Shown here piece after piece: positions 7,659-16,086 of a DNA stretch of 36,749 bases. A program made the position numbers and the translations under genes. Below the pieces are notes generated by a model. That model saw only the letters and a list, made by a program, of their open reading frames with translations, was not told where the DNA came from and ran no database searches. The stretch's first letter is position 1; each line of letters opens with the position of its first letter. The DNA is from a virus (taxonomy: Duplodnaviria; Caudoviricetes): IMG/VR virus record IMGVR_UViG_3300049070_000060, positions 1-36,749 of that record; one strand, written 5' to 3'.

Positions 7659-8339
7659 GTGCCTAAAGTATTTCGCATACGGAATTGGGAAGAGCATTTC
7701 GAGAATCACGACTCTCGGAAACTGAGGTCGCTGGCGTGGTTGCCTGTTCCAAACAAGCACGACGGGCGAGGCTATCGTCGGGTAGTTGCGCTCCCTAATA
7801 GCGTGCAGGTGTTTTGCGGCTGGTGCCTGATTATTCAGGTGGCAAGCAAGATGCCTACGCGGGGAGTCCTGATCGACGAAGACGGCGCGCTTACGGCGTC
7901 TGACCTCAGCGCAAAGACCGGCTATCCAGAGGCAATCTTCACACAGGCGCTTCTAGCGTTGTGTCGACCCGATATTGCCTGGATGGAAGAGGTCGACTGG
8001 CCCCAAAACGGGGAATCTCCCGCAACCTCCCGGAACTTCCCGCCTGAAGGGAACAGAAGGGAAGGGAAGGGAACAGAAGGACAGGAAAAGAAGTGTAGTC
8101 GCGCTGATGCGCGACCGCCGTCAATCACTGACGCGCAATGGCTCGGGCTTTTGAAGGCTGACGCCACGTATGCGGGGATCGATATTGATCGCGAATACGG
8201 AAAAATGCTGCGTTGGTGCGAAGTGAACAATCGCAAACCCACGCGGCGCCGGTTCATGAACTGGCTCAACCGCGTAGAAAGGCCGATGAATGGAAGCGCA
8301 AACCGACAGCCAAACCACACAGATCCCGAGGCTTGGTAG
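7659..8339 (+). CDS. Phage replication initiator / replisome organiser-like protein
   Basis: IRNWEEHFE N-terminus, low-complexity linker, C-terminal RRFMNWLNR; directly upstream of a DnaC-like ATPase; aagga upstream. Confidence 0.7.
   Translation: MPKVFRIRNWEEHFENHDSRKLRSLAWLPVPNKHDGRGYRRVVALPNSVQVFCGWCLIIQVASKMPTRGVLIDEDGALTASDLSAKTGYPEAIFTQALLALCRPDIAWMEEVDWPQNGESPATSRNFPPEGNRREGKGTEGQEKKCSRADARPPSITDAQWLGLLKADATYAGIDIDREYGKMLRWCEVNNRKPTRRRFMNWLNRVERPMNGSANRQPNHTDPEAW
8011..8090. repeat. Putative replication origin: 10-bp-period repeats followed by a purine tract
   Basis: gggaatctcc/cgcaacctcc/cggaacttcc then gaagggaacagaagggaagggaagggaacagaagg, inside the initiator linker as for lambda ori in gene O. 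Confidence 0.45.
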
Positions 8340-8343
8340 GGGC

Positions 8344-9051
8344 TTGAAAACCGTGGGACAAATCCTGCATGAGCAAACCGCCGATGCCAGGTGCAAATGC
8401 GGGGCGGTCCTGCAGGTGCCCGAATGGCTGCTCGTGCACATGGAGCACGGCGCGCTCTGTGATTCGTGCGCTGATGCGGCCGCAGCGATAGACCAGGAGC
8501 GCGTTAAGCACGAGCGGCGCGAAAAGCGCGACGCCGAATGGCTTTCGTTTTGTCCCGACGATTACAGGGACACGATCGCTGAAAAATTGCCGCGGCCAGG
8601 GATGCTGAACAGGGTTTTGGCGTGGGTTTATGGCCGACGTGGGATCAACATCCATGGGGAAACCGGCCTTGGGAAATCCCGTTGCGCGTGGCTGCTTATG
8701 CGACGGGAATTCATGGCTGGCCGGCGAATGGACTTTGTTAACCAGTCGTCGGGTTACGATTACGCCGCGATGTATGACCGCCCGCAGGGCAAGCAGGACG
8801 TGGCGCTCTGGATCGCGAAGATGAGCACAATCCCGCTTTTGCTTATGGACGACGTTTTCAAGGTGAAGATGACTGACTCGTTCGAGCAGGCCGTATACAC
8901 CATCGTTGCCGCCAGGTGCGAAAACCGATTGCCGATCATAATGACCAGCAATGACACAAAAGAGTCGCTGAAAGATCGAATGACCAGCGATCGCGGTGCC
9001 GCAATGGTCAGGCGACTGGCGGAAAACACGGAGCGAATCACATTCGTATGA
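8344..9051 (+). CDS. DnaC/IstB-like helicase loader ATPase
   Basis: N-terminal Cys pairs, Walker A GETGLGKS, Walker B LLMDD, IIMTSN, RRL arginine finger; start approximate. Confidence 0.85.
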   Translation: MKTVGQILHEQTADARCKCGAVLQVPEWLLVHMEHGALCDSCADAAAAIDQERVKHERREKRDAEWLSFCPDDYRDTIAEKLPRPGMLNRVLAWVYGRRGINIHGETGLGKSRCAWLLMRREFMAGRRMDFVNQSSGYDYAAMYDRPQGKQDVALWIAKMSTIPLLLMDDVFKVKMTDSFEQAVYTIVAARCENRLPIIMTSNDTKESLKDRMTSDRGAAMVRRLAENTERITFV

Positions 9052-9227
9052 GCGCCACACCCCAACAAATCCCTCCCGACGCACATCAGCGAATGATGCG
9101 AAACGAACAGCAAACGATCAAATGCCGGGAATGCCAAACGGTCTTCAAACTGACATTCGTCCGGCATGGCGACGATAAAACCGCGCGCGTTACATGCTGC
9201 CCATTTTGCGGAAAGGGGGCGGTGTGA
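9048..9227 (+). CDS. Small zinc-ribbon protein (59 aa)
   Basis: ...IKCRECQTVF...CCPFCGKGAV*; ATGA and GTGA overlaps. Not in the ORF track. Confidence 0.65.
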   Translation: MSATPQQIPPDAHQRMMRNEQQTIKCRECQTVFKLTFVRHGDDKTARVTCCPFCGKGAV

Positions 9228-9394
9228 AGCTGAAACAACTACAAGACGAACGGCACAGGCTAATAGTGGTCCTCCTGCGCCTCTGCACCAAGCTGGACGC
9301 GATTCACATGGACGAGAGCTACCCCAAGTACGCCGACGAGCTAGCGATAGCTTGGCTGCTTCTGGAGTCCTTCGGACATAAGCGTTTGGGATAA
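9224..9394 (+). CDS. Small hypothetical protein
   Basis: GTG overlapping the upstream stop; MKLKQLQDERHRLIVVLL... Confidence 0.5.
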   Translation: MKLKQLQDERHRLIVVLLRLCTKLDAIHMDESYPKYADELAIAWLLLESFGHKRLG

Positions 9395-9464
9395 ACGTAG
9401 ACCTTTTGCCGCCTATGGCAACCTGTAGCAAAGTGAATCAAATGAAAACTGACGAAAGACCAAA

Positions 9465-9914
9465 ATGAATAAACGATACAACCATCACAAATACACATGG
9501 ACGAACCTATTTGGTTCGGTTCAGCACGACTGGCGATTCTCAGGGCTTAAAGGTGGATTGAATTTCCATGCTTCCGTTGGCCCCGGCCGTAATCCGTCTT
9601 GCGGTTTAGAGTTTCATTCAACCACGCCGCTTCGCGAGGACACCGCACCGGACCACCTGAATTGCCCGGTGACTGGGGGGCGATGCTGGCATGACGGCAC
9701 CAGCCTTTACGCTACGGAACATTGCTGGCCAATCATCGAAAGCTATCTGCGGTCGGGGTCGCATGATTTGATTTTTAAATTCCTAGAGCACGAAGCCGAC
9801 AGCCGATTCTATCCCAAACAGGATGACCCACCCGAAAGGCCAAACCATGAAGCGCAAGCAGATTCCTGTTTTGTGGTAGTGGGCTACCTTGAAAATGAGC
9901 GCAAAATTATTTAG
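9465..9914 (+). CDS. Hypothetical His/Cys-motif protein, C-terminus replaced by cassette insertion
   Basis: GLEFHS...HLNCPVTGGRCWHDGTSLYA; the empty site would end DSCFVTIHFEQT* 3 nt before ATG 10469. Confidence 0.7.
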   Translation: MNKRYNHHKYTWTNLFGSVQHDWRFSGLKGGLNFHASVGPGRNPSCGLEFHSTTPLREDTAPDHLNCPVTGGRCWHDGTSLYATEHCWPIIESYLRSGSHDLIFKFLEHEADSRFYPKQDDPPERPNHEAQADSCFVVVGYLENERKII

Positions 9915-10432
9915 GGAAAACGGCGAAGTCTCGGACTCGGACATCCACTATTCCCATGTGGGGCCAGGCCACGAGCGCGCCTACCTCAACCTGATCCCGC
10001 TAGCTGGGTATGCCGCGCGATCTCGGTTCAACGATTTCCCGTATTTCACCGGCCCGTTTCACATCTACAGTATGGGCGGCTGGAAGCCGGACAACCTGTA
10101 CAAGTCGGTTGCCAGCGCCAAGGCTGCAATCCGCCGGCTGGTAAATTATTGGCTCTTCGAGACATCTCAGGCGTTGTCGTGGACTGCTCTTGAGACTGGA
10201 GTGCATTTCAGAGCGACGGCTAACGGCATCGAAGTAGGTAGTTACTATTTCTGCCCGGAGGAGACCGCGCGGCACCACAAGGGGTTCAGGGTTTATTTCG
10301 GAGGCACTTATTACACGACCGATTTCGAATCTCCTGATGAGGCGCGCGCTGCCGTGCAAGAAACTTTTTCGCGCTGGCTAGACCATGCCAAGCAATCGCT
10401 TTTATGAAGATTTCTCAAAGTAGCCCACTACC
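9875..10432. mobile_element. Non-autonomous mobile insertion cassette (558 bp), IS1595-like ends, no transposase
   Basis: TIRs ggtagtgggctaccttga (9875-9892) and ggtagtgggctactttga (reverse complement of 10415-10432), 17/18 identical. 8-bp TSD TGTTTTGT at 9867-9874 and 10433-10440. Confidence 0.88.
9895..10407 (+). CDS. Passenger protein of unknown function with an internal domain duplication
   Basis: Fills the cassette; FHIYSMGG..YKSVASAKAAIRRLVNYWL resembles FRVYFGG..FESPDEARAAVQETFSRWL. Confidence 0.7.
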   Translation: MSAKLFRENGEVSDSDIHYSHVGPGHERAYLNLIPLAGYAARSRFNDFPYFTGPFHIYSMGGWKPDNLYKSVASAKAAIRRLVNYWLFETSQALSWTALETGVHFRATANGIEVGSYYFCPEETARHHKGFRVYFGGTYYTTDFESPDEARAAVQETFSRWLDHAKQSLL

Positions 10433-10468
10433 TGTTTTGTCACAATACATTTTGAGCAAACATAAATT

Positions 10469-10678
10469 ATGCTAGACATAGAGCACCAAAACCAAATCGT
10501 CTGTGAGATTTCCGGCGCTTGCCACCGAATAGCTTGCGCGTTTGAGCAAATGGCCAGCGGGCCAATCACAGAGCTAGCCCAACTCCGCTCTCAGCTTCAG
10601 GCGGTGGAGAAGGAGAGGGATGAATTAAAAGGCCAATCGACGGCATACGCTCTGGTCGGGAGTCGCGCCGTCGTATAA
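10469..10678 (+). CDS. Small coiled-coil hypothetical protein
   Basis: ELAQLRSQLQAVEKERDELK heptads; AT-rich upstream sequence. Confidence 0.5.
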   Translation: MLDIEHQNQIVCEISGACHRIACAFEQMASGPITELAQLRSQLQAVEKERDELKGQSTAYALVGSRAVV

Positions 10679-10891
10679 GCACGATCAAGATGCTGCTGAT
10701 GGTGATGGCGCCCGCGATCGCCTTGCCGGGGTGCGCGGCGGAGGTGTGGTTTCGGTGGCGGGGGAATCCGGAGCCGGATGTCCCATTTTGCGGGGTGGGG
10801 ATCAATGAGCGGCGTGTTACTCTTTTGGGGTGTTTTGGTAACACGATAAATCTTGACTCCAACGTGCAAAACCCGCCCGAAATAGCATTTG

Positions 10892-11470
10892 ATGCAAATC
10901 ATTGGATTAGATAAAGCGTTGCGAAAAGTGACGAGCATTCAGCGACAGATCAGGTTTGCTGAGGCTCAGGCGTTGAACGATACCGCGAAGGATGTTCAGG
11001 GGTTCGAGGCTCAGAAGGAAATTCAAAAGCTCACGGTTCGGCGCCCATGGTGGAAGCCTGGGACACGATTTGGAATCAATATCAAGTTCGCGACGCGCGA
11101 CAGGCTGGTATCGGTCATAGGTTCTCAAGCGGACTGGTTGCGCGAGCAGGAACAGGGAATAACCAAGCGGGCAACGTCCCATCGTTTATCTGTTCCCACT
11201 GTCCAGCACAAACCCAAGGCGTCGATCATGGCCAGGGGAAAGAAGCCTCGAGCAATGAGGGCAAGGCGTGACGTGTTCGTCGCGAAAGAAGCTGTGTGGC
11301 GCAGGGTGACAGCGGACCGGCTGCCGATCATACGACTGTTCTCGCTGGTCAAGTCAGCGGTTGTTAAAAAGTCAATCAAGTATGTAGATAACGGCGTTGC
11401 GGTGGCCATACGCACATTCAAGCCGAACTACGAGAAGCGATTGAAGCAGGCAATAGCGACAGCAAGATGA
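10892..11470 (+). CDS. Basic virion morphogenesis / tail completion protein (lambda gpZ- or HK97 gp10-like)
   Basis: RFAEAQALNDTAKDVQ N-terminal helix, highly basic, C-terminal KRLKQAIATAR; upstream of terminase. Confidence 0.55.
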   Translation: MQIIGLDKALRKVTSIQRQIRFAEAQALNDTAKDVQGFEAQKEIQKLTVRRPWWKPGTRFGINIKFATRDRLVSVIGSQADWLREQEQGITKRATSHRLSVPTVQHKPKASIMARGKKPRAMRARRDVFVAKEAVWRRVTADRLPIIRLFSLVKSAVVKKSIKYVDNGVAVAIRTFKPNYEKRLKQAIATAR

Positions 11471-11557
11471 AGGCATGCGGCAGGGAGTTCAGGGAGTTCA
11501 GGCGGAAATGAAAGTTATTAACGTTACAACTGAATTACACTTTCGTTGTATGGCGCG

Positions 11558-11603
11558 CCCAGGCTCATACCAATACGATCCCAGGCTCATACCAATACGA
11601 TCC
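11558..11603. repeat. Perfect 22-bp tandem duplication
   Basis: cccaggctcataccaatacgat at 11558-11579 and 11580-11601, plus a partial cc. Confidence 0.9.
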
Positions 11604-11660
11604 AAGGAATCTCTTGCAACGGGCGCAGACGCGGGTGACGTGCCATCCCGTGCTTTTCGC
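11604..11660. other. Candidate cos/packaging initiation region
   Basis: Intergenic, just upstream of the small terminase of a gpA-type system; partial dyad cggg-N11-cccg (11632-11650) followed by ttttcgc. Mostly positional inference. Confidence 0.3.
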
Positions 11661-11689
11661 ATGAGAGGGCTGTCGGAACTTTCAAGACA

Positions 11690-12115
11690 ATGAACTGGAC
11701 AATTTCCAGCGCAGCAGCGGAATGGGGGGTTGAATACAACAGCCTTGCCAAGTGGCTTTCAAAGATGGGCTTGGAGGTCAAACGCGGTGAAAAATTCACG
11801 ACTCGGCAGATCGACAGGGCCATACATGGGGACCCACTGGATGCCGAGCGCATTCGGGAGGTGCGCGCCAGGGCGGACCTGCTGGAAATGGAGCGATTGG
11901 AAAAAAAGCGCGTGCTCGTGAGCCTCGCTGAAGTTCAAAAAATGATTCGGGACGCTCACATACCAGTCCGGCAGCGGTTCATTGCCCTGCCGTCAGAGAT
12001 GGCCAACCGCTGCAATCCGACAGACCCAAAACTTGCACGGGACGCATTGCAGCAATGGTCCGATTCTGCGATGGCGATGGTTCACACTGAGTTACCAGAA
12101 CCCAAGGTGAAGTGA
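11690..12115 (+). CDS. terS: Terminase small subunit (Nu1-like)
   Basis: N-terminal HTH-like segment, ARADLLEMERLEKKRVLVSLAEV coiled coil, IALPSEMA; coupled to terL. Confidence 0.8.
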   Translation: MNWTISSAAAEWGVEYNSLAKWLSKMGLEVKRGEKFTTRQIDRAIHGDPLDAERIREVRARADLLEMERLEKKRVLVSLAEVQKMIRDAHIPVRQRFIALPSEMANRCNPTDPKLARDALQQWSDSAMAMVHTELPEPKVK

Positions 12116-13938
12116 CGACCGAGCATTACAACTTCATTGCGACCGCTCAGGCGGGTTGCTTCACCCCGCGTTACGCCGAACCCGCTTCACGGTTCTGCGA
12201 GCAATCCCTGCATTTTGACGAACCGAACAACCGCGGGCCGTTCACTCTTTTGGGTCGGGAATATGCGCGCGAGCCCATCGATTCCTTTACCGATGCCAGC
12301 GTGACCGACGGCGTCGGCGTGTTCGGAAGCCAGTCGGGCAAGACCGGGATAGTCATGGGCGGCGCGGCGTGCGTGATAAAGAACGAACCGTCCCGAATCT
12401 TTTGGGTAATGCCGACGCGCGATACAGTCCTGAAGTTCTCGCGAACCCGTTGGATGCCGATGCTTCGCGGTTCGCCGATAATGGCCGAGCTGATACCGAC
12501 CGGCCGGCGGCGTCACGACTTTTCCAGCTTCGCACAGCAGATCGGCAGCAGCATCGTTGACATGGCCTGGTCAAACTCGCCGGCGATGTTGGCCAGCGTT
12601 CCGGCCCGAATGGTGATTCTTGACGAGTGCGACAAATTCAACGAGGGCGGTGCCAAAGAGGCCGACGCCGTCAATCTTTCCGAGCAGCGGACGAAGGCGT
12701 TTCCCGATCCGAAGCGTTACAAGTTCTCAACGCCGACGATTCTTGAGGGCGCCATCTGGCAGGAGCTTTTGAAATCCGACTTGCGGCGGCGATTCATGCC
12801 GTGCCCCCATTGCGGAAAGTTCGTCGTCTTCGCTTGGAGTGCGGCGTATACGATCCTGCCGAAGACTGGCCATGAGGCTTACGTCACGTGGGACAAGGAG
12901 GCGAAGCGCGGCGGCAACTGGGATTTGGACAGGGTTGAACGTTCGGCGCGCTATCAATGCTGGAATTGCGGCGGTCATATTCTGGACGGTCACAAGACGC
13001 TGATGGACAGAAACGGCGAGTGGCGGCCGACCCAGACCGGGCGGGCTGGTTACCGAGGCTGGCACCTGCCGAGCATGTATGCGCCATCGGTCGAAACGAA
13101 CGTCGGCAAACTCGCCGTTAAATTTCTTCAGGCGAAGCATTCCCTTCTCGGCCTTCAGGGCTTCATCAATGGCGACCTCGCCGAGCCGTATCAATCGCAG
13201 GACACGCAGACGGAGCGAATCGAACTCATTACGACAAAGCTCGAAGTGACGGCCGAATGGCGAAAGCAACTGACGGTTGACTGCCAGCAGAAGGCGCCGC
13301 TTTTCTGGTTCGTTGTTCGAGCGTTCGACGAGCACGGCAACAGCGAAGGCATCGACGCCGGCCCGTTGGACTCATGGAAGGACGTCGAGGCGAACCAGGA
13401 ATTTCACAAGGTAAAGGCGGTCGCGGTCGATTCCGGGTTTGGGGCCAGGTCAGAACACGACGTTTACTTTGAATGTGCGCGCCACAGCGAGACCGTCGAG
13501 CGGCCAGACCAGCGTCCGGTAATGGTTGGCTGGATCCCACTCAAGGGCATGCCAGGGCGAAAGCGTTGGATGGTCGATAAACAGTTAATGCCTTACGCCT
13601 TGCGTCCCATCGATCCGTTTTACGGCCGGTCCGGCGCGGGCCTGGTCGAAATGGCGCTTCTCGAATACAGCGGCGACTTTTTCAAAGACATCCTCGACAG
13701 CCTTCGAAAAGGCAAGGGCGGTTACAAGTGGACGGTCCTTGAGGCGGTCGCGACTGAGGAATACTGGCGACACCTGGACGCCGAGATCAAACAGCCGAGG
13801 TTCAACAAGATGACCGGCAAAACGGTTTACGAATGGCAGCCGCGGTCGAAGTGGTGGCCGAACCACCTGCTTGACTGCGAGGTTGCGCAAATCGTGCTGG
13901 CGACGTTTTTCGGAAGCTTTAAGGAGATTGCGAAATAA
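12112..13938 (+). CDS. terL: Terminase large subunit, lambda gpA family
   Basis: GSQSGKT Walker A, ILDECD Walker B, FSTPT, CPHCG/CWNCG zinc motif, TVDCQ and NHLLDCE nuclease motifs. Confidence 0.95.
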   Translation: MTTEHYNFIATAQAGCFTPRYAEPASRFCEQSLHFDEPNNRGPFTLLGREYAREPIDSFTDASVTDGVGVFGSQSGKTGIVMGGAACVIKNEPSRIFWVMPTRDTVLKFSRTRWMPMLRGSPIMAELIPTGRRRHDFSSFAQQIGSSIVDMAWSNSPAMLASVPARMVILDECDKFNEGGAKEADAVNLSEQRTKAFPDPKRYKFSTPTILEGAIWQELLKSDLRRRFMPCPHCGKFVVFAWSAAYTILPKTGHEAYVTWDKEAKRGGNWDLDRVERSARYQCWNCGGHILDGHKTLMDRNGEWRPTQTGRAGYRGWHLPSMYAPSVETNVGKLAVKFLQAKHSLLGLQGFINGDLAEPYQSQDTQTERIELITTKLEVTAEWRKQLTVDCQQKAPLFWFVVRAFDEHGNSEGIDAGPLDSWKDVEANQEFHKVKAVAVDSGFGARSEHDVYFECARHSETVERPDQRPVMVGWIPLKGMPGRKRWMVDKQLMPYALRPIDPFYGRSGAGLVEMALLEYSGDFFKDILDSLRKGKGGYKWTVLEAVATEEYWRHLDAEIKQPRFNKMTGKTVYEWQPRSKWWPNHLLDCEVAQIVLATFFGSFKEIAK

Positions 13939-13959
13939 TGGAAATAAGGTAGCGGATCG

Positions 13960-14181
13960 ATGAAGATGAATCCAGATTTAGACCTTACCTATCGTCAAAC
14001 GCAGGTCATGGGCTACATTGCCGATGGTCTGCTCGACAAGGAAATTGCCGACATTTTGCATATCAGCGTGAGGACCGTTAACAAGCATGTCTACCTTTTG
14101 CTGAAGGAGCTTGGGGCCAGGAACCGAGCGAACGCCGTCAAAATCTATTACTTAAAAATACCCACTACCAAACATTATTAG
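13960..14181 (+). CDS. Stand-alone LuxR/GerE-type HTH regulator
   Basis: LTYRQTQVMGYIADGLLDKEIADILHISVRTVNKHV...LGARNR. Confidence 0.88.
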   Translation: MKMNPDLDLTYRQTQVMGYIADGLLDKEIADILHISVRTVNKHVYLLLKELGARNRANAVKIYYLKIPTTKHY

Positions 14182-14202
14182 CCATGCCTAACATTCTCAG
14201 GC

Positions 14203-14583
14203 GTGGCAGTAAGAGCCAATGAGAAGAGGCTTTATGTAGAGCGCCAATACGAGCGACACACTTCAGGCGTATACGCAACTTTTCTGGCCGCACTTCAGGC
14301 CGCAGCTTTCCTGGTCGCCGACGCGAACAAGTCAGGAACACCGTCATCCATTACCGCTGGTGATCGATCTACCAGCTTCTCGAACTCCGATCACGGCAGC
14401 ACGCCATCAGACATGGCCGACATGTGGGGCGAACTGCTCGACCTTTACGACATTTCGCTTGCCGCCCTGATTTCCAGCGGCATCGCTAGCCCGACCGACC
14501 TGCAAATCAAAACCGAAATGCTGGACCGCCTTCGACCTGTTCGAAGTGTCCGTAGTTCGTACGTGAATCTGAGGGCCGCATGA
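14203..14583 (+). CDS. Head completion / gpW-like protein
   Basis: Position between terL and portal; SITAGDRSTSF hairpin-like motif. Confidence 0.5.
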   Translation: MAVRANEKRLYVERQYERHTSGVYATFLAALQAAAFLVADANKSGTPSSITAGDRSTSFSNSDHGSTPSDMADMWGELLDLYDISLAALISSGIASPTDLQIKTEMLDRLRPVRSVRSSYVNLRAA

Positions 14584-16082
14584 GACACGCACGCGCATTT
14601 ATCGGGGCTCTCGGCGTCTGGATCATGGCGATGTTCGAGGGTGCGCGCTGGTCAATCACGCGCTCGAACATAGCACACTCGGTTCAGTCGGCGCGCTTCG
14701 AAATCAGCGCCAGTTCGCGCGGTGAGATCGTCCGACGTTCGCAATACTTCGAAGAAAATACGGACATCGTCAACCGGATGGCGGACCTGTTTGAGTGCTA
14801 TACGGTTGGCTGCGGGCTTCAGCTCAACCCGTCAAGTTCGTCTCCGGAATGGAATAAGCGCGCGAAAGCGTGGCTTGATGATTGGTCTCAATACCCGGAC
14901 ATTTCCAGTCTTCAAAGCTTCGGAATTCTTCAGGGTCTCATGGCGCGCAAATGGTTCGTTGACGGCGAGCTTTTCATTGTGCTGGTCAACGGCGAGAGCA
15001 ACAGGCCGCGCCTGCAACTCATCGAACAGCATTTGGTTTCGACACCCCCTCACCTGAAGGAGCAGGAGGGTAAAACGGTTATCGATGGTATCCAGATCGA
15101 CCCGCGGGGACGCCCGATTGGCTACTACATCGCCGACGAGGATGAAAAAGGTAAGAAGATTTGGGGCAATCCGAAGCCAGCGACCATGGTTATTCACCTG
15201 TTCGAGCCAACGCGCCCAGGGCAATACCGCGGGCTGCCCTTCGTTTATCCGGTCATCAATACGATTCACGACCTCGATGACCTTCGGAACTTGGAAATGG
15301 GCAAGGCCAAGGACGCCGCGAAGACGACCAGCGTCATTAAGACTAAGGCCGGCGAAATGCCTTCACTCTCAGACATATACAAGCAGAAGTTGACTACGTC
15401 GGAAACCATCAGCACGGGCGGCACTGCGTCAGTGCAACGCGAAAAATACTATCAGGAAGTCGTCGGGCCCGAGGCCGTCGTCCTGCAACGCGGTGATGAG
15501 ATGGACCAGCACAAGGCCGAATCGCCGTCGGCCGCGACTCAATGGTTCTGGCGCAATCTCAAAGAGGAAGCCTGTTCAGGAACGGGAATGCCTTATTGCC
15601 TCGTTTATCCCGAGACGATCCAAGGCACGGTTTACCGCGGTGAACTCGACGCTGCGGCCCTTTGGTTCTGCGTCCGGTCAACAGTAATTCAAGACGCTTT
15701 GCGGCGCATCTACCAGGCCCACGTAATGAAATGGGCCGTTCAGAACGTGCCGGAGCTCCGGAATGGAAAGCCCGCCGACTGGTATAAGGTAACCATCCGA
15801 GCCCCGCGCGCGCCGAACGTTGACGTAGGTCGAAATTCAGCCGCGATGCTCGCCGAGCTCGCCGTCGGAGCGACCAACTTTGAGCGCATCTACGCTCCGC
15901 TTGGCCTCGATTGGCGCGAAGAGATGGACAAGCTTAAGGAGCAACTCGAATACGCGCAAGACATCGGGCTTGTTGACCTGCTCGCAAAATTCACGGCCGC
16001 GCAGAAACCCGCCGCCGAGCCGCAGCGCAACGGCGAACCCCAAAAGAACGGATACCGGAACGGCGTTGCAATGGCCGCGTAG
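14580..16082 (+). CDS. Portal protein, lambda family
   Basis: VDGELF, GIQIDPRGRPIGYYI, IHLFEPTRPGQYRGLP, GLDWRE. Confidence 0.93.
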   Translation: MRHARAFIGALGVWIMAMFEGARWSITRSNIAHSVQSARFEISASSRGEIVRRSQYFEENTDIVNRMADLFECYTVGCGLQLNPSSSSPEWNKRAKAWLDDWSQYPDISSLQSFGILQGLMARKWFVDGELFIVLVNGESNRPRLQLIEQHLVSTPPHLKEQEGKTVIDGIQIDPRGRPIGYYIADEDEKGKKIWGNPKPATMVIHLFEPTRPGQYRGLPFVYPVINTIHDLDDLRNLEMGKAKDAAKTTSVIKTKAGEMPSLSDIYKQKLTTSETISTGGTASVQREKYYQEVVGPEAVVLQRGDEMDQHKAESPSAATQWFWRNLKEEACSGTGMPYCLVYPETIQGTVYRGELDAAALWFCVRSTVIQDALRRIYQAHVMKWAVQNVPELRNGKPADWYKVTIRAPRAPNVDVGRNSAAMLAELAVGATNFERIYAPLGLDWREEMDKLKEQLEYAQDIGLVDLLAKFTAAQKPAAEPQRNGEPQKNGYRNGVAMAA

Positions 16083-16086
16083 ATTT

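Noticed and set aside
11558-11603. CRISPR array (also considered for 34131-34160 and 1-108)
   Set aside because: Repeats are directly adjacent with no spacers, and no cas genes are present.
15880-16086. N-terminal extension of the protease-capsid ORF given in the ORF track
   Set aside because: It overlaps the portal gene; ATG 16087 right after the portal stop gives a normal ClpP start.
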